From Camelus dromedarius (lineage: Eukaryota): a stretch of DNA of 64,000 bases. The DNA lies in assembly GCF_036321535.1 (NCBI RefSeq), contig NC_087437.1, positions 36,520,001-36,584,000 of the forward strand. The letters are read 5' to 3'. Below, one piece after another: positions 54,889-64,000 of this stretch; within the stretch, counting starts at the first letter, position 1, and each line of letters begins with the position of its first letter. The position numbers and the translations under genes were made by a program. A model generated the notes under the pieces. That model searched no databases, was not told where the DNA came from, and was given only the letters and a program-made list of their open reading frames with translations.

Positions 54889-56682
54889 CTGACCAGAAAT
54901 CTTTTTCCAAATGAGTTATTAGTTTATTCAGCAAATATTTGCACAAAACCTATAATATCAAAGCAATGTATGTATTTATTCCAAATTTTAAAATATTAAT
55001 TCATTCCCTTAGTGTGCTGCATTTGCAACATAATTTAAACTAACTTGTTACCTTACATATACTATTAACCAAAATCTAATAAGATAATACAATATTTTTT
55101 CAACGTAAAGGGAGGTTTATATTCAAATGTTTCCCTGCATGATTTTAAAGCCACTTTAACCTATTCTTTGTAACAATTTTAATTGTTTAATCTGTACTAT
55201 TCTTGGGAACTACCCTCTAAACTCTTATAAATGTTCCAAGAAATTAAGCCAGAGTTTGTTAATTAGGGACAATTTCTTGAGGACAGACAAAACATGGCTT
55301 CTCTTTTCCTTTGTCTAAATATTGCCACATTATCACAAGTATATGAAAACTTTTCAGAAAGTAAATACCAAAAACATGAAAATAATAAAGAAATGAAGAC
55401 TTCAATTTCATTACTATTCCTTTGAATATTAAAATTTTCCCTGTCCCATTTCTTTAGTAAGAGTTCCTGGGAATTGTCAGAGGACTTAGGTGATTTTTTT
55501 TTTCTCCTTTGAAGTGAGGCTACATTACAAAATAATGTATAAGTTAGAATTAGGAAATATGGTTTTGAGTTTTGCCTTTAATGTTCACTTATTCTGTATA
55601 ATCTTAGGCAAGTAAACTCAGTTTCAACATGGAAATGCAAAGGAATTGATTTTTCATTGGATTTTTATGAAAAATTAATGAGGTGAGTATTTAACCTTCA
55701 GATTGCAGGAAAAATAGTCATCAATGTTCTGGGCAGCATGAAATCTTTTAATTTTATTTAATTTTATGTCCATATTTTAAGTCACTTTACAAATAACTTA
55801 CAGGTATTAGAATAAAGAATTACTAAAAGCACCTTTATTAAATAAAACATACATAATAACAAACACAGTAAAACTATTTTAATCAGTGAATTTTTGTGCA
55901 CAAACATCACTGGAGATGAAACAATACTGTCATATATCCTTTTAACAACATGAGATCATTCAGATTCTTATTCTAAACTATTTTGTAATATACTTTCCTT
56001 TAAATGACTAACTGGAGGAGAATACTGTATTTATATTCTTGTTCTTGAAAATATATTGTTTAATGATTAGTTCTTAAGTTTGAGAAAATTTATTTAAGAT
56101 ATTATCATCTGAAGACACATAGTCTGAGATTTCATTAATATGAAAAATTTCACCATACTATTAGAATCTGAGTGCTGCTTTTGTTTTTCTTTACATGCAT
56201 CTTGTGATTGAATTTATCTTATAACTATGGAATATCAGATTTCTTCTCTTTGCCATCATGGTTGGAAAATTAAAACTTCTAATTCTCAACTGTGTTCAAG
56301 GATATGAAAGCAGACTACAAAGATGCTGTCCTAGTCTTTTATAATTCCTTCTTAAAAGATGATGCAATAGTTCAGGTAAGACAATAAGAAAATGAAAGAA
56401 TGACAGTTTATTTCACTCTTACATCATTCTTCTGAGTCATTGCATCATTCTTTTGTTTTCTTATTACTTATTCTTTTTCAGCATAGTTGGGATATTCAAT
56501 GTAATCTTGAATAATGATAAAGCAATTCTTAGAATAATGAAATAGAAAAATATTTCATAATACAGGGAAAATAAAGTCACTATGATTCCATAATTTATTT
56601 TCCATTTATGACAGAATTCAGTGGATCCAAATGGTAATTGCAAGATAGAAATAGTTATATTCTATTAAAATAGATAAATTAC

Positions 56683-56752
56683 CTTTTGGTTCTTTGAAAG
56701 GACTCTAAGAGAGAATAAATTCGAGAAATATGAATGCTTGAAAACAGAGCTC
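56683..56752 (-). pseudogene. Exon (RALFSSIHISRIYSLLESFQRTK)
   Basis: gagtttctttttccag| acceptor; AAG|GTAATT donor; 70 nt, phase 1-2. Confidence 0.72.
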
Positions 56753-56857
56753 CTGGAAAAAGAAACTCAAAACAAAAAATTGGTCCAATGATCCTGATGT
56801 TATACTAAGGGTTAATCAACTTGACACACTGTACATACTCATAAAAATTGGACTTAC

Positions 56858-56893
56858 TGTCTTTTTCAACTAAGTAACTCGATTTATTGCACC
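56858..56893 (-). pseudogene. Micro-exon (RCNKSSYLVEKD)
   Basis: ctaccttcttcag| acceptor; ACA|GTAAGT donor; 36 nt, phase 1-1; followed by a canonical 105-nt intron. Confidence 0.72.
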
Positions 56894-57283
56894 CTGAAGA
56901 AGGTAGATTTTGGGTGTAGGAAAATAGTTATAGAAAGAAAGCAAAAGAGGCAATACTATCTGTATCTATGTATTTAAAGAGTGTAAACAGTAAAATAGTA
57001 AATGCTAATACTTAAATATGCATACATGCATATATATATATACACATATTCATACATATACTATATGTGTATACACACATGCATGCACTATTTTTACTCT
57101 TTAAATTTACGCCATGAAATGTACATTTTCACATATGCCCCTTTGAGATACTAGGGTGGTTTGACTGTATCTGCTACTTCACCAGAATTATTTGAGATTG
57201 TCAGAAATTAAAACAAACAAACCAAAAAATCAACAGTAGAATCTGTTATTTGTGGAAAGAAAATGCATTAGGATGGGACATAC

Positions 57284-57395
57284 TAGTTTTGAAATGCATT
57301 AATCTTTCAAAATTGAAGCAATTTACTAAACTGAATTCACTGATACGAGATGGATTAGTGCAAGAGGAAATCACTGCCTGAGCCCTAGCTAAAAT
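57284..57395 (-). pseudogene. Exon (ILARAQAVISSCTNPSRISEFSLVNCFNFERLMHFKT)
   Basis: catttatattttcag| acceptor; CTA|GTATGT donor; 112 nt, open, phase 0-1. Confidence 0.7.
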
Positions 57396-57935
57396 CTGAA
57401 AATATAAATGATAGCTATATTATTCATTAGCCATTTTATGTAGGGATTACTGGTCCTAGCTCTCTATGACTTTTAATATGGCTATAAGATATCCTCTAAA
57501 ACCCTATTTCTAATAAATCTAATGTTCAGCCACATTAACAATGGAAGAAGAAATCGGAGCACCTGGTTTTCTTCTAGGAGTGTGGAAGATGGTCATTTCA
57601 GATTTATTTTGAACTATATGCTATATATGTATAAAATATGATTTTCATTAAAATATTTCATTTTAAATTGGTATTGGCATTTCCATTTTGTTACTGCAAA
57701 TGAGTTTTTGTAATGACAAGATGTTCTTTCAAGGCCATTTGAGGCATAATTCAGATGTTTACTTCATTTCCCTTAATAAACCATGTAGGTGATCATATGA
57801 TATAGCATTGGGAAATGTATTTTCTATGATTCCCAATAGTGCTTTTTTAAAGTAACATTTAAATTAACCATTGGTAAAGATTGATATAAGAATGAAAATA
57901 AAATGAGCAAATATATGAAGAATAAAAAGTGTAAC

Positions 57936-58049
57936 ATTTTTCAAACTGCTCAAGGCTGAAATGTCACTTTTGATCTATTCCTTTCACAAGAAGTCTAGAA
58001 TCCTGAAGATTTTTAGCATAAACAACATATGTGTTAATTTGCACATATC
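57936..58049 (-). pseudogene. Exon with inferred frameshift (GYVQINTYVVYAKNLQDSRLLVKGIDQ/SDISALSSLKN)
   Basis: ttttattgtag| acceptor; donor weak and uncertain (AAT|GTTACA); C2 beta1-like VVYAKNL. Confidence 0.5.
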
Positions 58050-58947
58050 CTACAATAAAAAGGGTATTTTATTTAATAAACAAATAATAAATTAGACATG
58101 TAAACTTAGTTCCAACATACATATATGACGTGTGTTAAAAATGAGGCTGAGTATATTATTATTTGTGAGAGCAATCGTTTGTATATATTTATATGTGTGG
58201 AAGAACTGACAAACTCTAAGAAGCAATCTCACATCTTAATATTGAGTAGATACAAAAAGTCCTGTTAATTTGGTCATTTGTAACTCTGCACATATATTCC
58301 CTTAGACTCTGTATTATGCCAGATATTTGTGATCTAGTTGACCCACTGATGATTTAGAACCCTTAATGGAGTTTGAAAAGTATAACTACTGATATGTTCA
58401 TGGGAATATAGAGCTTAAGCTTGATTGATAATTCAGTCATCTGGCTAGTATTTTTTTTGACACATACATGTCACACACTATGGTGATAGAACTAGGCATA
58501 TAAAGTCAGTGCTCTTCTGGAATTTGCCATCTCAGAGACTTTGAAATATCACATTTAATATTTTGTATTGTGCTTAGCCACACCCTCAAATAGACAGTTG
58601 TTTTATTCTTTCATCAGATGTCATATCTAGAAAATACATTTCTTCTTAACTGGCTTCCCTTTATTTCCTTCTACCAAAATATTTGGGAAATAGCAAATTC
58701 CTTTTACTATCTTTTAGTATTCTACAAGGTTTCTGGGCCATGAACCTCTTGATTTAAAAAGAAATATGTGGAAATAATTATTACAACTTGTTGAGTTTTT
58801 TTTTTATTGGATAGATCATTTTGTGTGCTATTAATTTAATCAACAATTACAATTTTATAAACTAGATAATCTCATTTTTTTTAAATGAAGAAACCAAGCA
58901 CAGAAAGATTGTCTTACTAAAGTGGAGATTAATATATTCAGTATTTT

Positions 58948-59103
58948 CTTTTCTTTTCTTTTCTTTTATTTACATTTTTGTGTGTGTGCTGGGTTCGGGC
59001 TAGGTGCAGGGTTAGGGTTAGTTGCAGGGTTAGGGCTACATTCAGGGTTAGGCCTTGGTGCAGGTTTAGGGCTAGGTGCAGGGTTAGAGCTAGGTTCAGG
59101 GTT
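58948..59103 (-). repeat. Retroposed telomere-like 18-mer satellite with A-rich tail
   Basis: ~6.3 copies of GGGTTAGGGCTAGGTKCA (58991-59103); exact TSD tatattcagtatttt at 58933-58947 and 59104-59118. Confidence 0.85.
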
Positions 59104-59272
59104 TATATTCAGTATTTTAGACATGACTTGATTCTAGAGGCCTCTTTCTTAACCACTATGCCTACTGATGTGCATATAGGAAGTGAAAGAACATGTGTTT
59201 AAACACGAAAACTATGATATGGATATTTATTAATTGTATGAATATTATACACACAGTACATATACTAATATC

Positions 59273-59310
<38 letters not shown>

Positions 59311-59409
59311 TATGTATGAGAGAGTGAGAGAGATTTTGAGTTGAAAGATGTATGAAAATTCTAGTATTTCCTTCCTACACTGCTGTATTTGGTCATCTTG
59401 GACACCCCC

Positions 59410-62180
59410 TGCATGAGTGCGCTACATGGTTTCTGGGAGCAGACCCTGAATCAGAGTTTCAGCTATTTGACATTTGTTAGTGGTTAACATCTGTGAAAGG
59501 AAGTGGGAAGCAAGATTAAACAGAGAAAGAACTGTGATGCAATTCTAACAATTCCTTTGCAGACAGTGCCCTTTGTTGTTTTCCCACATCAGGTTGAAAT
59601 AACCGGGCTTTATTTTCTCTTTTGCTTCAGCTGTGTCTTTAGTTGGTAGATCTGATGTTCTATCTTGCAGGAAGCTTCTGGATGGTATCCTATATGATAC
59701 GATCAGTGGATTCTATAGTTACTAGTCCATTATTGCAACTCCTCTGTTCTTTAGTAGTTGCCCTTGTCTGCCATAATTTTTTTGTGAGATCTAGTGCTGT
59801 CAGATGCTTGCTGAATCCCTGTGAGCAGGTAAGAAATCCATAGCCATAAGTTTGTATTCTTTTGAGAATAAACTATTGGCTCTAACAGACTGAAATGATC
59901 ACACCATAGTAAATTTGCCATCAAGTGGGCAGTTTATGTGCTGGAGAAGTGGTGTCATAGTGTGGAACTCAGACTGGTCTCTGTTGTTGATCGGTTGGAC
60001 ATTTAACAGTGGCAGAAACTAGATCCCTTTGAAACAGACGTCATGCTTCGGTCCATAAATAGTCACCCTCTCTGTCCCCATCGCTACCATTCTTACTTTA
60101 ATGCCTGATACGGTAATTGTGACCTTAGCTTCTGGGTGAAATCTCACTGCCTGGTTTTAATAGTTGCAGGGTCATACCATCCCCAGTAAGCCAAATTTAT
60201 GTCAGCTTCTCCTGTCATCAGTCCTGGTCTACAGGGAAAAAACACCAGTGATCTAGGGATGCTGGTCTGTCACTCTTAGCAGAATTTTCCTAGAACCTCT
60301 GGTAAATGGTGTGTCCTTCAACTTTCTCATTGAACTTAATAGACTGATGAATCCTCTGGCTGTAGAGAGTATAGCCATTCCAGTATGCCCACTTTTTTGA
60401 ACCTTATTTTATTTTTTTCATCACCATCTACCACAATCATTTTAATATTTTAATTGCTGAGCTTGTGCGTGAGAATTTTCCCGACTTTTAATTTTTAAAT
60501 TTCAGCCCGTCTGATCAAATACCCTCACACTTTGTCACATGAATAATTCCCTATCTCCTATCAGATGTTGGTTAGACCTTGCAGCTTTTTTAAGGTATAT
60601 ATTTCCCTTATTCTGTAATTAGCTCCAGCTTGTCCTCAGCTGGGATAAACTATAATTTACCCCTTAGTTATAGTCCTAAGTGACCCTGAAGGGAGGTGGT
60701 AAAAAATTCTGAGAGGGACATAGTTGCATTGCTGCCTGAGGGAGTAAAAGTCCTCTGTATTGTCTTCTAGATCAAATAAAGTGCTCTCAGTAAGGAAAGA
60801 AGTCTGTCTGGCTCAGAATTTTAAAATGTGTCAGAGATTTAAAATATTTGAGAGTGTTCACCCAGATGCCTTCATTCCATGTGTCATAGTTTCAGGTTTT
60901 CAAAATCAAGACCAGACCCTGTTATCACTACCTGCCATAGTTGGGCATTTAACTGGCTGAACTTTATAGACAGTTTGACTCTTTAAGTACTGGGCTTTGC
61001 TTCATTTTCTCCACTCTCCCTTTGCAGGAGATGAGAGCTTCTTTATATGCAACAAAAAGTCCCTCTGGCTTTCATGTCTGGGCTTCAGTTCACTGTTATC
61101 AGCCCTCAGTTCTTCATTACTTTCTATTATTTATCAATAATACTTAGCAGTAGATATCTGAGACCGTTAGCCTTACAGTGACTATTTATTTCATACATCT
61201 CAGATGACTTGTACACACCCACTTTGCAATCTCTTTCATCTATACCCAATCCCAGTTCATCCAAAGGTGAAAGTTTCAACAACTGGACTGCCAGCTTGTG
61301 TCAGAGGTTTGCTGTATCTACCACCGGTGATAGAGTCTTTTTTTGCCAACCAAACAATCACAGAGAGTCATCCAAAATTCCATCTTATTGACTAATTTCT
61401 TGGACCACTTTTGGTTCCAAATATCATATATCGAACTTTAAAAAAAAAACAGATTCTTAGACAGAGTTAGGGTATGTATTAATTTGCTAGGGATGCATTA
61501 AGGAAGTATCATAGGCTGGGTGGGTTAAGCAATGGAAATCTATTTCCTCACATTCTGGCTAGAAGTCCAAGATCAATGCATCAGCAGGACTGGCTTCCTC
61601 TGAAGTCCTTTCTTTTTGACCTGTAGATGGCTGTCTTATTCCTGTGTCTCCATATTATCTTCCCTCTATGAGTGTCTGTGTCCTAATCTTTTCTTTTTAT
61701 AAGGACACCAGTCTTGGATTAGGGCCGACCATAATGACCTCATTTATTCTTAATTACCTCTTTAGAGACCCTATCTCCAAATATAGTCATATTTGAAGTA
61801 TAGGGGTTGAAGACTTCAAAATACGAATTTTGCCAGGAGACATTTAAGCTTATAACAGGGTACAAGATTATTAAGAATCATCACTTATGTAAAGAAGGAC
61901 TTGCCCCAAAGTAAAAAGTGAGACTTTGTTGTAGGTCCAGGAAAGCCTCAGCCTAGTCAATAAGAAGCTCTGGTGCCAACAGTGCCTACCCCGACCTGCC
62001 TCAGACACAAGTATAGGCACACCCAGAAAGGGTATGATTTCAGGATAGGTATATCTCTACAGCCAAGGCTGACTCTAAAGGAGCTAATAGCTGGTGGCTC
62101 TCTGCTAACCACAGTCCCTCCATGTGGGCATCATTTTCCTCCTTGAAGTTGGACCTCAGTGGCACATCTTTGTGTCTAAT
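59410..62180 (-). mobile_element. Old ERVL element (LTR16-like LTRs with degraded internal region)
   Basis: Similar LTR-like starts at ~59410 and ~61430 flanking ERVL-like internal sequence. Confidence 0.55.
61475..61857 (-). mobile_element. MLT1B/C-like MaLR LTR
   Basis: TG...CA termini; 5-bp TSD GGGTA (61470-61474 and 61858-61862). Confidence 0.9.
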
Positions 62181-62899
62181 TGACTCCATTTTGAAGATAT
62201 CAGTTATATTTAAGAAAATAAATATGCCTTGAATGCTTAGTATGTTTAAAGGACTGCTCTGAACCTTGTAGGTGGTTCTGCATTGTACTTGACTTGGATT
62301 TTTTCCCCCACATCTCTAAGGAATTGAGATATGCACAAATAATACTAACACAAGATGAAGTGTGTTAAATAGCAAAAGAGGAATATAAGAGAATGTTGAA
62401 AGACTGGAGCAAAGAAAGAGAATAATTCTATTTCAATGCAAAACTCTTCAGAAACAATGACATATGAGTTAGGTCTTCTATAGCTAGGGCTATTTTCTTT
62501 TCTTTTCTTTCATTTTTTAGTAAATGTTGAAAGAGTTCAAACATAAAAGTACAAAATAGAATAATAGGTATTCATGTATCTGTGGCCCAGATTCAGCCAT
62601 GGCAACTGTTAACATGTTGGCATATGTGCTTCTGATCTCTCTTGATCTTATTTTTTTTCTTTGTGTGTGTGTGTGTGTGTGTGCACGCGTGCGTGCATGA
62701 CTAGCACTCTCACCCTTGCCTTGATATATCAGTTTAATTTGTGCCCCTTCCTCCTTATATCATTTCAGGAATCTTTCACTACATTTCTCTGACTTATTTA
62801 CATCAGCATTATATTCTATTCCTAATAAGGAAATTACCCTATAATATGTGCTTTATGATGACAAATTTATAATATGATTTAGAGACTATTAGATATTGA

Positions 62900-64000
62900 A
62901 AAATATGTGCTGAAAGAATAAACTGAATACTGCCAAGGCATTGCAGACTTTCTGGGCCAAAATCTGAGAAAAAAGAGCCTAAATAGATAAAACCAAATTA
63001 GCAGCATTTTTCCCCCATTGGAATATTTTCTTACTGCATATACTGAGTAGAGTTTATAATATACTGACTGGTGGAAAAAAAAATCAGACTTCAAGTCACC
63101 ACAAGATGGAGATAACCTGGTAAGCATCCAAGGCTTTGAGTAGGAATCTTAAATCTAAAGCTCAATTATGGATGAAGTGAAAACAGACAAAGCCTCATAA
63201 GAATGAAAGAAGGAAAGATTAGGGACAGGAAGTATTTTACTATATATTGCAAAACAGATACAGTGCATACACATACACTTCTAAGAATCATAGGAACATT
63301 GCTAGGGGCAGGAGGAGGGAGATAATTAAAAATATTAAAGAAGGGAGAACAGACTTTTAAAAGAGCAATAATATTTATTAAGTGAAATAAAGGAAACCAA
63401 AGAGTAGTAGAATGATATCTTCAAACATTTCCAAGGAAAATCCTGTCAAACTAGAATTAAATACATATTACAGTCAGTCTTCCAGAAATGAAGGTGAAAT
63501 AAAACTCATTAAGAAAAGCAAAAATAAAGAGAATTCACCACCAAAAGACCATTATTTAAAAAAAATAAATAACAGGTTTCTTTTTGCTGAGGGAATATGT
63601 CAATAAGTTGGAAAATTTCTGTTTAGGTGTTCCTTTTTAGGAAATTATAAATATCCAATATTGAATAGAGAAGATACAAAAATCTTGAACAAAACAATAA
63701 CAAACAAATTTTAAAAAGTCAAATAATTACTAAAATAACACCTGGGAACATAGATCAAGATGATAGATTATGTAAAATAACAGAAAAAACATGAAAATTA
63801 CAAATAACTAACAGTTCAAGGGGAAAACCAAGCTCCATTAATGAGCAACAATTTTACATAATTATTGAATGACAGAAAGCCAAGAGTTTTATATATATAC
63901 AGAGAAACAAAACCCAAAGAAACAGTAGCTCAAAAACCTTATAAGAGAGCACTATTTTAAAGGAAGGAGTCATATTTGGATATGCCATACACAAATTCAA
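62900..64000 (+). mobile_element. Ancient L1 ORF1-region remnants
   Basis: A-rich; ORF 63412 (NEGEIKL...ENSPPKD) resembles the ORF1 C-terminus. Confidence 0.5.

Larger units (their letters stand above)
1864..58049 (-). pseudogene. Multi-exon degraded gene encoding a tandem C2-domain-like protein (unnamed; probably extends beyond the exons found)
   Basis: Chain of AG...GT-bounded exons with compatible phases; C2-like motifs in the spliced translation; 2 inferred frameshifts and 3 in-frame stops. Confidence 0.7.

Noticed and set aside
58922..59202. Gly/Leu-repeat and Arg/Val-repeat ORFs
   Set aside because: By-products of the 18-mer telomere-like array.

Overview
AT-rich mammalian genomic DNA, most likely camelid (two vic-1-type tRNA-derived SINEs). 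It is dense in transposons: young and old L1, L2/MIR, nine ERV1-type LTRs, ERVL/MaLR, Tigger1, MER53 and a MULE/Ricksha-like element. No intact protein-coding gene is evident, and the ORF track is almost entirely repeat-derived or spurious. Reading splice signals on the minus strand reveals a chain of 11-12 small GT-AG exons between about 1.9 and 58 kb whose phases match at most junctions. Five consecutive exons (326 nt) splice into one stop-free frame. The reconstructed peptide shows two C2-domain-like motif sets but carries two apparent frameshifts and three in-frame stops, so it looks like an unnamed tandem-C2 gene decaying into a pseudogene. I cannot assign a gene symbol. Two unusual L1-mediated retroinsertions with exact 15-bp TSDs are also present: a telomere-like 18-mer satellite with an A-rich tail (58948-59103) and an orphan 3'UTR-like fragment (42020-42273). 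Repeat family names come from recall of consensus sequences, not from a search, and the edges of old repeats are approximate.
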